Assembly: GCA_039917855.1 (NCBI GenBank)
Contig: JBDSIR010000107.1
Location: 1-63,558 of the forward strand
Origin: Gemmatimonadales bacterium
Lineage (GTDB): Bacteria > Gemmatimonadota > Gemmatimonadetes > Gemmatimonadales > GWC2-71-9
Direction: 5' to 3'
DNA length: 63,558 nt
Every line of letters begins with the position of its first letter. The stretch's first letter is position 1. The notes beneath the pieces were generated by a model. The model was not told the DNA's origin and made no database searches. It saw only the letters and a list, made by a program, of their open reading frames with translations. The position numbers and the translations under genes were made by a program. Positions 47,267 through 56,601 of this stretch are shown here, one piece after another.

Positions 47267-49197
47267 CCACCCCCGTTCCGACGACCTTCCGCCCCGCGCT
47301 CAAGCTGCGGACCCTCCTCTTGTTGATCCTCGGGGGGATCGGACTGTATGTGTTCGCCATCTTCCTGATGCTGACGCTTCGGGTGGGTCGGGAGGCGCGG
47401 CGGCTCCAGCGCGACGCCGAGCCGGCGCTCTATGTCTTCGATCGACTCATCGCCCGGGCGCAGGAGCTGAGTCACGCGGTAGCCGACGCCCACATGGTGG
47501 TGGGGCGCGCCTCGGTCCGCGAGCCCCAGGTGCGCGCGGTGGTCGACCGGGTGCGCGAGCGTGCCCTTGCCCCCAGCCGCACCCTGCCATTCGACGGTGT
47601 CCCCGAGCGGATGCGCCCCACCTTGGCGCGCGCGGATGAGGCGGTGTCGTCGGTACAGAATCGGCTCCTCGAAGTGCTGGCCCTCGTCGAACTGGGTCGC
47701 CTCCCGGAGGCCGAGCGACGGCTGGCGCAGGTCGATTCGCTCAACGATGTCCTCGCCACGCAGATCCGGCGCGCCGAAGGGCTCGGACTCGCGGACCTCC
47801 TGCGCCGCGAGCAGCTGCTCCGCTCCACCATCGATCGGGTGACCTACGCGCTCGGCTGGTGGATCGTGATGGGGATCATCCTCGTTCCCATCGTCCTGTG
47901 GCTGCTGCACCAGCGTCTCGAGCGTCCGCTCGACCAGCTCGAGGCAGGGCTCGCGCGCGTCGCCGACGGTGACCTCTCGCCGCGCCTGCCGGTGGAGCGT
48001 GAGGACGAGCTGGGCAGGCTCGCGCAGCATTTCAACCAGATGACCAAGGTGCTGCGGGAGCGGGCCGCCGAGCAGGGGCGCTTCGCGGCGGCGGGCGCGC
48101 TCCTCGCCGACGTGGCGCACGAAGTGAACAACCCCCTGATGGCGATCGGCGCCCTCGCGGAGACGCGGCTCCAGGATCGCGCCCTCGCACCCGAGCTGCG
48201 CGAGGAGATCGACCAGATCCTCAAGCAGTCGCGCCGCGCGGGGCGGCTGCTGAGCGGACTGCTGCGGTTCGTCCGGCCCCCCGACGGCCGGCAGTCGGCG
48301 GTCGCGGTGCACGATGTGCTGCGCGGCGCCCTCGATCTCGTCACCCATCAGCTGGTGGCGTCTTCGATGGAGCTGGACCTGACCCTCGACCCCGAGATCC
48401 CGTGGGTGGTGGGCGATCCCGCCCGCCTGGAGCAGGTCTTCGTCAACCTCTTCAGCAATGCACTCGATGCGATGCGGAACCATCCCGGACCGCGCCGCCT
48501 GACCGTCTCCTCGGTGGTGCGCGGGGGCCAGGTCGGGGTCTCCGTGGTCGATTCGGGGAACGGCGTGCCGCCGGAGATCGCCGAGCAGGTGTTCCGGCCA
48601 TTCATCTCCACCAAGGGGAAGTCGGGGACCGGGCTCGGGCTCTACATCTCGCGTCAGATCGTCCGCGAGATGGCAGGCGACCTGGTCCTTGCTCCCCAGG
48701 TGGCGGGTGAGGGCGCCCGGTTCGTCGCCACCTTCTCGATCGCGCACCCGGAAGCGATCGCCGCGCTCAACCTCACGGCCGCCCGCGTCACGCCGCCCCC
48801 GATCGCGGGGACCCGCCCCTTGCACGGCCTCCGGGTGCTGCTCGTCGAGGACGAAGAGGCGGTCCGCCGGCCGGTGGGCCGCTATCTCGCCCGCCGTGGC
48901 GCGGACGTCTCGGAGGCTGCGAACGGCGTCGAAGCGCTGGCGCGGGTGGAGATGGTCCGGCCCGACGTGATCGTCGCCGACCTCCGCATGCCGATCATGG
49001 ATGGCATCGAGTTCTACCGGCACCTGCGTGGCAGTGACCCGGGATTGGCCGAACGGGTCCTGTTCCTGTCGGGCGACTTCTCGCAGCTGCACAGCCTCGA
49101 CGGACTTACCATCCCGGGGGATCGTCAGTTGCTCAAGCCGGTGGACCTGGATCTGCTCGAGCAACGACTCAACACGATCGGGCGGAGCAGCGCATGA
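47263..49197 (+). CDS. Hybrid sensor histidine kinase (2 TM + helical sensor, HAMP, HisKA, HATPase_c, C-terminal receiver)
   Basis: ORF 47263-49197(+). GTG start within a GTGA overlap. H-box VAHEVNNPLMAI. N box FSNALDAM. G boxes DSGNGV and GTGLGL. Receiver VLLVEDEE..VIVADLRMPIMDG..LLKP. Confidence 0.9.
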   Translation: MTTPVPTTFRPALKLRTLLLLILGGIGLYVFAIFLMLTLRVGREARRLQRDAEPALYVFDRLIARAQELSHAVADAHMVVGRASVREPQVRAVVDRVRERALAPSRTLPFDGVPERMRPTLARADEAVSSVQNRLLEVLALVELGRLPEAERRLAQVDSLNDVLATQIRRAEGLGLADLLRREQLLRSTIDRVTYALGWWIVMGIILVPIVLWLLHQRLERPLDQLEAGLARVADGDLSPRLPVEREDELGRLAQHFNQMTKVLRERAAEQGRFAAAGALLADVAHEVNNPLMAIGALAETRLQDRALAPELREEIDQILKQSRRAGRLLSGLLRFVRPPDGRQSAVAVHDVLRGALDLVTHQLVASSMELDLTLDPEIPWVVGDPARLEQVFVNLFSNALDAMRNHPGPRRLTVSSVVRGGQVGVSVVDSGNGVPPEIAEQVFRPFISTKGKSGTGLGLYISRQIVREMAGDLVLAPQVAGEGARFVATFSIAHPEAIAALNLTAARVTPPPIAGTRPLHGLRVLLVEDEEAVRRPVGRYLARRGADVSEAANGVEALARVEMVRPDVIVADLRMPIMDGIEFYRHLRGSDPGLAERVLFLSGDFSQLHSLDGLTIPGDRQLLKPVDLDLLEQRLNTIGRSSA

Positions 49198-50273
49198 AAC
49201 GACTGATCCCGCTCGCCGCCCTGCTGGCCGCCTGCAACCTCACACCGCCCTGCCCGACCATCGTGTACGCCGGAGGGTCGAGCCGCTCCCCCACCGTGGC
49301 GGTGGCCGAGAGCCTCCTCGTCGAGACGCCTGGTCAGGGGCCGAGCTGGGTCTGTCAGCGCATTATGTCCCAGTCGTCCTATGACCTGGTCGATCAACCG
49401 GATGCCGAGGTCGCGCTGGCGGAACAGATCGCCGGGGACCCCAAGGTGGTCGTGGTGGTGGGGCACCAGCGGAGCCGGGGAAGCCTCGCGGTGGCGCCGG
49501 TCTATGCCCGCGCCGGCATCCCGCAGATCGTCCCCGCCGCGACCAGCCGCCTGCTTCGGAGCGTGGGCCCCTGGACCTTCGTCCTGGCGCCGGGGGACTC
49601 CGCGCAGGCGGTGTTCCTCGCCGCCGCGGTCGACTCGATGCGGCTTCGTCGGGCGATCCTGCTCTATTCCGGCGAACCGTACGGCGAGGGACTCGTCGAG
49701 GCGATCCGGCCCGAGCTCACGCGGCGCCACATCGCCGTCGTCGACGAGGTCCGGCTCGGCGTGGGGACCGACGTCGCGACCCTCGCCGAGGCGGCGGTGC
49801 GAGGGCATTCGGCCGACGTGGTGTTGCTGCTCGTCGACTACGGCCAGGCCGGTGCCATCGCGCGCACGGTAGTGCCGCTCCGTCCGCGCCTCCGTCTGAT
49901 CGCCGGTGACGGCGCCATGTATGCCGAGGGGTTGAGGCGCGTGGGTGGGTCGGCGGCCGAGTCGCTCTACGTGCTGAGCCTCTGGCATCCGGATACTTCC
50001 GAGCTGTCGACCCGGCGGTTCATCGCGCGATTCCGGGCGCTCGCCGGACGTGACCCGACCCCGAGCGAGGCGCTCGGCGAGGACGCCATCCTGTACGCGC
50101 GCACGGCGCTCGCCGCGGTCGGCCCCGATCGCTCCGCTATCCGCGCCTGGCTCGCCGGTCCGGGCGGCGCCACCCCGCCCCCAGGGCACATCACCGGCGC
50201 CACCCTGCATGATGGTCCGCCACCGCGCTTCATGCTGACGCGGATCGGCCCGCCCCCGACTACCGCCCCCTGA
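49194..50273 (+). CDS. LivK-like (type I) periplasmic binding lipoprotein (third paralogue)
   Basis: ORF 49194-50273(+). ATG within an ATGA overlap with the kinase stop. Lipobox LLAAC. Motifs VVVGHQRSRGSLAVAPVYARAGIPQIVPAATS and ILLYSGEPYGEGL. Confidence 0.8.
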   Translation: MKRLIPLAALLAACNLTPPCPTIVYAGGSSRSPTVAVAESLLVETPGQGPSWVCQRIMSQSSYDLVDQPDAEVALAEQIAGDPKVVVVVGHQRSRGSLAVAPVYARAGIPQIVPAATSRLLRSVGPWTFVLAPGDSAQAVFLAAAVDSMRLRRAILLYSGEPYGEGLVEAIRPELTRRHIAVVDEVRLGVGTDVATLAEAAVRGHSADVVLLLVDYGQAGAIARTVVPLRPRLRLIAGDGAMYAEGLRRVGGSAAESLYVLSLWHPDTSELSTRRFIARFRALAGRDPTPSEALGEDAILYARTALAAVGPDRSAIRAWLAGPGGATPPPGHITGATLHDGPPPRFMLTRIGPPPTTAP

Positions 50274-51870
50274 TCTTCGCCCGCACCAGGGCGACGTAGG
50301 CCTCGGCCGCTCGCGCGACCGCTTCCGGGCCCCAGCCAAGTGTCGCCCCCATTAACCGCGCCGTCGTCGCCGCAGCCGCCGCCCCCGCGTCGGTCGTTTC
50401 ATAGAACAGGTGGATCCGGCGCACGAGGACGTCCTCGACCGTGAGGGCGAGCTCGCGACGGGCGGCATGCACCACTTCCGCCGCGATCGCGGGATGCGCG
50501 GGATGCAGCCGCTCCGCGAGGTGCCGGTCGGCCGCCACGAGGTTCACCACCGCCTGGGCCTCGTCGCCGTACCGGGCCACGAGGTGGTCAGCGGTGTCGA
50601 CGGTCAGCCCCGTGTCAAGGGCGCGTGCATGGAGCGGCGTCAGGTCGGCCGCCGTGCCACCGGGGAGAGGCTCGAGGTCGGTGCGCGCGCGCGCCGCGCG
50701 GGGCCGGCCGTCGATGCGATGCAGCTCCTCCCCGACCCGGTCCACCATCTCGGCCGCCATCCGCCGATAGGTCGTGAGCTTTCCCCCCACGATCGTGAGC
50801 ATCCCGCCCGCGCCGCGGAGGATCATGTGCTCGCGTGAAACGGTGGCGGTCGAAAGCTTGGCGTCATTCCGCACCAGCGGGCGCACGGCGGCCCACGTCA
50901 CCACCACGTCCTCGGCGACGAGGTGCGCGTGGGGAAAGGCCGCATTGGCGGAGCGGAGCAGGTAGGTCACGTCCTCCTCGGTGGCGTGGACGTCGTCGGG
51001 GGTCCCCTCATGGTCGGTGTCGGTGGTGCCGACATAGCTCCAGGGCCCCCACGGGAGCACGAACATCACCCGACCATCGACCGCGCTGGTGAGGGTGATC
51101 GCGTCGGTGTGGCCCAGGCGTGCACGGGGCACGAGGACGTGGGCGCCGCGAGTGAGCCGGAGGACCGGCGTAACCGCGGGGTCCTCCATCTGGCGCAATG
51201 CGTCGCTCCACGGACCTGTGGCATTGACGACCACGGTGGCGTGGACGGTGGCGCGGGTGCCGTCGATCCGGTCGACCAGCCGCGCGCCGACCACCCGGCC
51301 GTCGCTCCGTTCGAGTCCTTCGACCTCGGTGTAGGTGGCCAATGCCGCCCCATGAGCCAGCGCGCTCCGCGCAGTGGCGAGCGTCAGGCGGGCATCGTCC
51401 ACCTGGCAGTCCCAGTATCGGGCACCGCCGACGAGCCCACGCTCGCGCACCATCGGTTCGGCCCGGAGGAGCGCCCGCTTGCCCAGCATCCGGTGTGCCC
51501 GCACATTCCGGGTCCCCGCGAGCAGGTCGTAGAGCCACATGCCGGCGATCAGCTTCCAGAGCGGCACCCGGTCCCCCCGATGTACCGGGAAAACGAAGGC
51601 CAGCGGGTGGACGAGGTGGGGTGCGATCCGGCGCAGGACCGCCCGCTCGTGGAGGGCCTCGAAGACGAGCCGGAAGTCGCCATGCTCGAGGTAGCGCAGG
51701 CCCCCGTGCACCAGGCGGCTCGACCGTGAGCTGGTGCCGACGCCGAGGTCACCCCGCTCCACCAGGGCCACCCGGAGTCCGCGCATCGCGGCGTCCCGCG
51801 CGATCCCTGCGCCGACGACGCCGCCCCCGACGATGAGCAGGTCCCACGGCCCCGATCCGAGGCCGGTCAC
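50260..51870 (-). CDS. glpD: FAD-dependent glycerol-3-phosphate dehydrogenase
   Basis: C-terminal 536 codons of ORF 50260-53667. Start at GTG 51868-51870 (alternative GTG 51886-51888). Motifs DLLIVGGGVVGAGIARDAAMRG and SSRSSRLVHGGLRYLE. The 3' end overlaps the convergent SBP gene by 14 nt. Confidence 0.85.
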   Translation of the reverse strand: MTGLGSGPWDLLIVGGGVVGAGIARDAAMRGLRVALVERGDLGVGTSSRSSRLVHGGLRYLEHGDFRLVFEALHERAVLRRIAPHLVHPLAFVFPVHRGDRVPLWKLIAGMWLYDLLAGTRNVRAHRMLGKRALLRAEPMVRERGLVGGARYWDCQVDDARLTLATARSALAHGAALATYTEVEGLERSDGRVVGARLVDRIDGTRATVHATVVVNATGPWSDALRQMEDPAVTPVLRLTRGAHVLVPRARLGHTDAITLTSAVDGRVMFVLPWGPWSYVGTTDTDHEGTPDDVHATEEDVTYLLRSANAAFPHAHLVAEDVVVTWAAVRPLVRNDAKLSTATVSREHMILRGAGGMLTIVGGKLTTYRRMAAEMVDRVGEELHRIDGRPRAARARTDLEPLPGGTAADLTPLHARALDTGLTVDTADHLVARYGDEAQAVVNLVAADRHLAERLHPAHPAIAAEVVHAARRELALTVEDVLVRRIHLFYETTDAGAAAAATTARLMGATLGWGPEAVARAAEAYVALVRAKIRGR

Positions 51871-51879
51871 TGAGGTTCG

Positions 51880-52455
51880 ATGACTCACGATCTCCGAGCT
51901 ACGCCGGCCCCGATCGCTTCCCAGCTCCCCCGGCCCAGCACCTGGTTCACCTGGCACGATCAACTCCTTCATCCGGGGATCCGGGTGCTCGATCTCGCCT
52001 GCGGCGAGGGTCGGCACGCGGTCGGCGCCGCGCTTCTCGGCGCCACGGTGGTGGCGGTGGACCGGGATGCCCCGGCGCTCGAACGGGGCCAGGAGCTTGC
52101 CATGGCTCGCGGGCTCGAGATAGACTGGCGAGAGGTCGACCTCACCGGGCCGTGGCCCGCGCTGGGCACTTTCGATGTGGTTCTGGCGTTCAACTATCTG
52201 GACCGCGCCCGCGTCGGCGACCTGCTCGCCCTGGTGGCCCCCGGCGGCGCCCTGTTGATGGAGACCTTCCTCGTCGCCCAGCGCCACCTCGGGTGGGGGC
52301 CGCAGTCCGACGAGCACCTGCTCAATCCTGGGGAGCTGCTCACGTTGCTCGCTCCGCTCGCGGTGGCCCACGGCCGCGAAGTCGTTGAACCGCTCGAAGG
52401 TGATCGCTGGCGCGCCGTGGCCTCGGCCTTCGCCCAGCGGTTGCCTGCACCGTAA
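51880..52455 (+). CDS. Class I SAM-dependent methyltransferase
   Basis: ORF 51880-52455(+). Motif I VLDLACGEGRH. Also VVAVDRD and FDVVLAFNYL. Confidence 0.8.
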   Translation: MTHDLRATPAPIASQLPRPSTWFTWHDQLLHPGIRVLDLACGEGRHAVGAALLGATVVAVDRDAPALERGQELAMARGLEIDWREVDLTGPWPALGTFDVVLAFNYLDRARVGDLLALVAPGGALLMETFLVAQRHLGWGPQSDEHLLNPGELLTLLAPLAVAHGREVVEPLEGDRWRAVASAFAQRLPAP

Positions 52456-52509
52456 CTTCCGAACTTCCGTCGCGTGGGGCAACCCACCCGCGACATCGAG
52501 GTCTTTCCC

Positions 52510-53802
52510 ATGGATGTCCCCCCCGGCCGGCGCGCCGCCATCGTCGCTGGACTTCGCACCCCCTTCGCCCGGAGCGGCACCGTCCTGCGCGACGTGCCCG
52601 CCGTCGCCCTCGCCCGCCACGCCGCCCGCGAATTGCTCTACCGCGCGGAGCTCGATGGCCGTGAGGTGGACCAGGTCATCTGGGGGCAGGTGGTCCCGTC
52701 GGTGCTGGTCCCCAATGTGGCGCGCGAAGTGAGCCTGCTGCCACAGTTCCCCAGGACCATCCCCGCTTACTCGCTCAACCGCGCCTGCGCCTCGAGCGCC
52801 CAGGCCGTGGCCGATGCGCACGACCAGATCGTGCAGGGTTTCGCCGACGTGGTGCTGGCCGGCGGGGTCGAATCGCTGAGCGACGTGCCGATCCTCCATT
52901 CGCGCGGAATGACGCGGATCCTGATGGACGCGAGCAAGGCCAAGAGCCTCGCGGCTCGCCTCGCCACATTCGCGCGGATCCGGCCCAAGGACCTGATCCC
53001 CGTCGCCCCCGCCATCGCCGAGCCCTCGACCGGGGAGTCGATGGGACAGTCGGCGGAGAAGATGGCCAAAGAGAACGCCATTCCACGGCGCGAGCAGGAC
53101 GAGATCGCGCTCCGGAGCCACCAGCGCGCCGCCGCTGCCACCGTCGATGGTCGACTCACGGCCGAGATCGCACCCTGGTTCGGCGGCAAGGGGATGGACG
53201 AGCCGGTCACGAGTGACAACGGGATCCGCAGCGACACCTCGATCGGAGCGTTGAGTGCGCTCAAGCCGGTGTTCGATCGTCGCTACGGCACCGTCACCGC
53301 CGGCAACAGCTCTCCCCTTACCGATGGCGCCGCCGGCGTCCTGGTGATGGCCGAGGAAAAGGCCAAGGCGCTCGGCTACGCGCCGCTGGCGTACGTGAAA
53401 GCGTACGCCGTCGCCGCCGTCGACCCCGGCTGGCAGTTGCTGCAGGGGCCCGCCTACGCGGTGCCCAAGGTGCTCGAGCGCGCGGGGCTCACCTGGAAGG
53501 ACCTGGGGCTGGTCGAGATCCATGAGGCCTTCGCGTCGCAAGTGCTGAGCAACATCCAGGTGTGGGGCTCCAAGGCGTGGGCCGACCGACTCGGGCTCAA
53601 GGGGCCGGTGGGCGACGTCGACTGGAGCATCACCAATGTGAGCGGCGGGTCGATCGCCATCGGACATCCGTTCGGCGCCACCGGCGCGCGCATCGTGACC
53701 CAGCTGGCGAATGAGATGACCCGCCGCAATGTCCAGTTCGGCCTCATCTCGATCTGTGCGCAGGGTGGGATGGGGATGGCGATGATCCTGGAGCGTGCCT
53801 GA
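52510..53802 (+). CDS. fadI: Acetyl-CoA C-acyltransferase (3-ketoacyl-CoA thiolase, FadI-like)
   Basis: Frame of ORF 52474-53802. ATG 52510 (MDVPPGRRAAIVAGLRTPFARSG). Active-site contexts NRACASSAQA, NVSGGSIAIGHPFGATG, CAQGGMG. Confidence 0.9.
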   Translation: MDVPPGRRAAIVAGLRTPFARSGTVLRDVPAVALARHAARELLYRAELDGREVDQVIWGQVVPSVLVPNVAREVSLLPQFPRTIPAYSLNRACASSAQAVADAHDQIVQGFADVVLAGGVESLSDVPILHSRGMTRILMDASKAKSLAARLATFARIRPKDLIPVAPAIAEPSTGESMGQSAEKMAKENAIPRREQDEIALRSHQRAAAATVDGRLTAEIAPWFGGKGMDEPVTSDNGIRSDTSIGALSALKPVFDRRYGTVTAGNSSPLTDGAAGVLVMAEEKAKALGYAPLAYVKAYAVAAVDPGWQLLQGPAYAVPKVLERAGLTWKDLGLVEIHEAFASQVLSNIQVWGSKAWADRLGLKGPVGDVDWSITNVSGGSIAIGHPFGATGARIVTQLANEMTRRNVQFGLISICAQGGMGMAMILERA

Positions 53803-55925
53803 TGCCGGTCTTCCGCATCGAACGCGACGGCGACGTCGCCCTCCTCGTGCTCGACGTGCCGGGCGCGCCGGTCAACACCCTCAACCGCGACGCGCGCGCC
53901 GAGTTCTCGACCCTCCTTCCGCAGCTCGCCGCCGACGGGTCGGTCAAGGCGGTGGTGCTCATCAGCGGCAAGCCGGAGAATTTCATCGCCGGTGCCGACA
54001 TCGAAGAATTCACCGGGTTGAAGACGGCCGACGAGGCCGCCGCGCTCTCGCGCATGGGGCAGGAGCTGATCCAGCGGATCGAGGATTTCCCCAAACCGGT
54101 CGTCGCCGCCATCCACGGCGCCTGCCTCGGCGGCGGATGCGAACTCGCGATGGCCTGCACCTGGCGCGTCGCGACCGACCATCCCAAGACCGTCATCGGT
54201 CTCCCCGAGACGATGCTCGGCATCCTCCCCGGCGCGGGCGGCACGGTGCGGATGCCGCGCCTCATCGGGTTGCGGGCGGCGCTTGACATCATCCTTGCCG
54301 GCAAGAGCGAGCGCGCCGCCAAGGCGTTCAAGCTCGGCCTCATCGACGAACTGGTGCATCCGGCGATCCTGCGGCAGACGGCGGTGGCCGCGGCTCGACG
54401 GCTCGCCACCAGCGGGCCCCCGACCCGCGACCCCCGACCCGCAGGCCTCTTGGCCTGGGCTCTCGACCGCACCAAGCCGGGCCGGGCCCTCGTGGCCCGG
54501 ATGGCGCGCAAGGCGGTCCTCAAGAAGACCCTCGGCAACTATCCCGCCCAGCCGCGCGCGATCGACGTGATCCTCACCGGCCTCAATCAAGGGCCCGCGG
54601 CGGGCTACCGCGCCGAGCACGTCGCCTTCGGCGACCTGGCGGTCACCGACGTGTCGCGGAAATTGGTCGCCCTCTTCTTCGCTGATACCGCACTCAAGAA
54701 GGACGATCCCGCCAATGGGGCGCAGGCCATCCTGGTCCGCCGGCTCGGCGTGCTCGGCGCCGGGTTCATGGGTGCGAGCATCGCGGGTACGGCGGTGACG
54801 CAGGCCGAGGTCGAGGCGCGGATGAAGGACGCCGACCTCAAGGCGGTCGGGCACGGGATCAAGGCGGCCACCGGCATCGTCGACGGGCGGCTCGCGCGCC
54901 GCCGCATCACCCGTTCGGAGGCCGACCGGCTCCGCGCCCTGATCAGCGGAAGCGAGCAGTACGTCGGGTTCCGGAACTGCGAGCTCGTCATCGAAGCGGT
55001 GTACGAGGACCTCGAGGTGAAGCGGAAGGTGTTGAAGGAAGTGGAAGAGGCCACCGGGCCGCACACCATCTTCGCGACCAACACCTCGACCATCCCCATC
55101 TCGCTCATCGGCGCGCAGGCGACGCGGCCGACCCAGGTGATCGGGATGCACTTCTTCTCACCGGTGGACAAGATGCCGCTGCTCGAGGTCATCCCGACCG
55201 ACCGGACCAGCGCCGAGACCATCGCCACCGCGGTGAGCTTCGGGCGGCGGATGGGGAAGAAGGTGGTGGTGGTGAAGGACCACCCCGGTTTCTGGGTCAA
55301 CCGGATCCTGACACCCTATCTCAATGAAGCGGGGCGGCTCCTGGCCGAAGGGACGCCGGTCGATCAGCTCGATCGGGTGCTGCTCAAGACCGGCTTTCCG
55401 GTGGGGCCCGCCGCGCTGCTCGACGAAGTGGGCCTCGTGGTGGCGCAGAAGGCGGGGAAAGTGATGCACGAGGCCTTCGGCGCCCGGCTCGAACCCGCCC
55501 CGCTCCTCGGCACCCTCCTTGCCGACCAGCGGCAGGGCCGGAAAAATGGCCGCGGCTTCTATCACTATCATGACGGCCACAAGATCGGCGTCGACGACTC
55601 GGTGTACGACCTCCTCGGCGTGCATCCCAAGCCCCGCGACCCGAAGGAGATCGAGCAACGGTGTCTTTATGCCATGTTGAATGAGGCCGCGATGGCGTTC
55701 GCGGAAGGCGTGGTCCGCTCTCCCCGCGACGGCGACATGGCGAGCATCTTCGGGATCGGCTTCCCGCCCTTCCGTGGCGGCCCGCTCCGGATGATCGACG
55801 ACGTGGGCGCGGCGAACGTGGTGAAGACCTTGGAGGAGCTGACGGCGAAGTTCGGGCCGCGCTTCACGCCGGCACCGTCGCTGGTGCAGATGGCCAAGGA
55901 CGGCAGCCGGTACTATCCGGCCTGA
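53802..55925 (+). CDS. fadJ: Fatty-acid oxidation complex alpha subunit (enoyl-CoA hydratase / 3-hydroxyacyl-CoA dehydrogenase, FadJ/FadB-like)
   Basis: ORF 53802-55925(+). ATG overlaps the fadI TGA by 1 nt. Crotonase segment GKPENFIAGADI..AAIHGACLGGGCELA. NAD motif VLGAGFMGASIA. Also HFFSPVDKMPLLEV. Confidence 0.9.
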   Translation: MPVFRIERDGDVALLVLDVPGAPVNTLNRDARAEFSTLLPQLAADGSVKAVVLISGKPENFIAGADIEEFTGLKTADEAAALSRMGQELIQRIEDFPKPVVAAIHGACLGGGCELAMACTWRVATDHPKTVIGLPETMLGILPGAGGTVRMPRLIGLRAALDIILAGKSERAAKAFKLGLIDELVHPAILRQTAVAAARRLATSGPPTRDPRPAGLLAWALDRTKPGRALVARMARKAVLKKTLGNYPAQPRAIDVILTGLNQGPAAGYRAEHVAFGDLAVTDVSRKLVALFFADTALKKDDPANGAQAILVRRLGVLGAGFMGASIAGTAVTQAEVEARMKDADLKAVGHGIKAATGIVDGRLARRRITRSEADRLRALISGSEQYVGFRNCELVIEAVYEDLEVKRKVLKEVEEATGPHTIFATNTSTIPISLIGAQATRPTQVIGMHFFSPVDKMPLLEVIPTDRTSAETIATAVSFGRRMGKKVVVVKDHPGFWVNRILTPYLNEAGRLLAEGTPVDQLDRVLLKTGFPVGPAALLDEVGLVVAQKAGKVMHEAFGARLEPAPLLGTLLADQRQGRKNGRGFYHYHDGHKIGVDDSVYDLLGVHPKPRDPKEIEQRCLYAMLNEAAMAFAEGVVRSPRDGDMASIFGIGFPPFRGGPLRMIDDVGAANVVKTLEELTAKFGPRFTPAPSLVQMAKDGSRYYPA

Positions 55926-56503
55926 TGGACACCAAGAGGCTGGAGGCGTTCAGTGACGGCGTCATCGCCATCATCATCACCATCATGGTGCTTGAGTTGC
56001 GCGCCCCCCACGATCCGAGCTTCGGAGCGCTCCGCGAGCTCTACCCGGTCTTCCTCAGTTACGTGCTGAGCTTCGTCTACCTGGCGATCTACTGGAACAA
56101 TCATCACCACATGATCCACGCCACCAGGCAGGTGAGCGGGGGGATCCTGTGGGCCAACATGCACCTGCTCTTCTGGCTGTCGGTGGTGCCGTTCACCACG
56201 GCGTGGATGGGGGAGAATCACTTTGCGCCGGCACCGACCGCGCTGTACGGGGTCAACCTGCTCCTGGCGGCGATCTCATACACGATCCTCCAGAATTGCA
56301 TCGTGGCGGTCGAAGGGAAGGATTCGACGCTGGGGACCGCGGTGGGGTCCGATCGGAAGGGTCGCCTTTCGCTGGTGGCCTACCTCTTGGCGATCGCGCT
56401 CTCGTTCGTGATGGTGTGGGCGGCCGGCCTGCTGTACGTATTGGTCGCCCTGCTCTGGCTGGTCCCGGATCCTCGGATCGAACGGGCGATGAAGCGGGAG
56501 TAG
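55925..56503 (+). CDS. TMEM175-family (DUF1211) putative potassium channel
   Basis: ORF 55925-56503(+). ATG overlaps the fadJ TGA by 1 nt. Signature RLEAFSDGVIAIIITIMVLEL. Six hydrophobic helices. Confidence 0.85.
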   Translation: MDTKRLEAFSDGVIAIIITIMVLELRAPHDPSFGALRELYPVFLSYVLSFVYLAIYWNNHHHMIHATRQVSGGILWANMHLLFWLSVVPFTTAWMGENHFAPAPTALYGVNLLLAAISYTILQNCIVAVEGKDSTLGTAVGSDRKGRLSLVAYLLAIALSFVMVWAAGLLYVLVALLWLVPDPRIERAMKRE

Positions 56504-56590
56504 AGCCTGGAGCCTGGAGAGGCGGTGTCGAGTGCTTGCGATGACCGCGAACCACAAGATGCTTGCACTGCCTCGCCAGTCCCCAGGCTC
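56503..56590. repeat. STR-armed imperfect hairpin (GAGCCTGG units) between convergent genes
   Basis: GAGCCTGGAGCCTGGAGAGG at 56503-56522, versus CCTCGCCAGTCCCCAGGCTC at 56571-56590. Confidence 0.45.
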
Positions 56591-56601
56591 AAGGCGCGCC
56601 T

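Noticed and set aside
46645-49164. 839-aa minus-strand ORF, the second-longest in this region
   Set aside because: It is entirely antisense to the well-supported SBP and hybrid histidine kinase genes. Its translation is R/G/P/A/D-rich with no motifs, typical of a high-GC shadow ORF.
51871-53667. N-terminal ~600 codons of the 1135-aa ORF containing glpD
   Set aside because: This part is antisense to the methyltransferase and thiolase genes and has no FAD-enzyme features. The GlpD Rossmann motif begins right after 51870.
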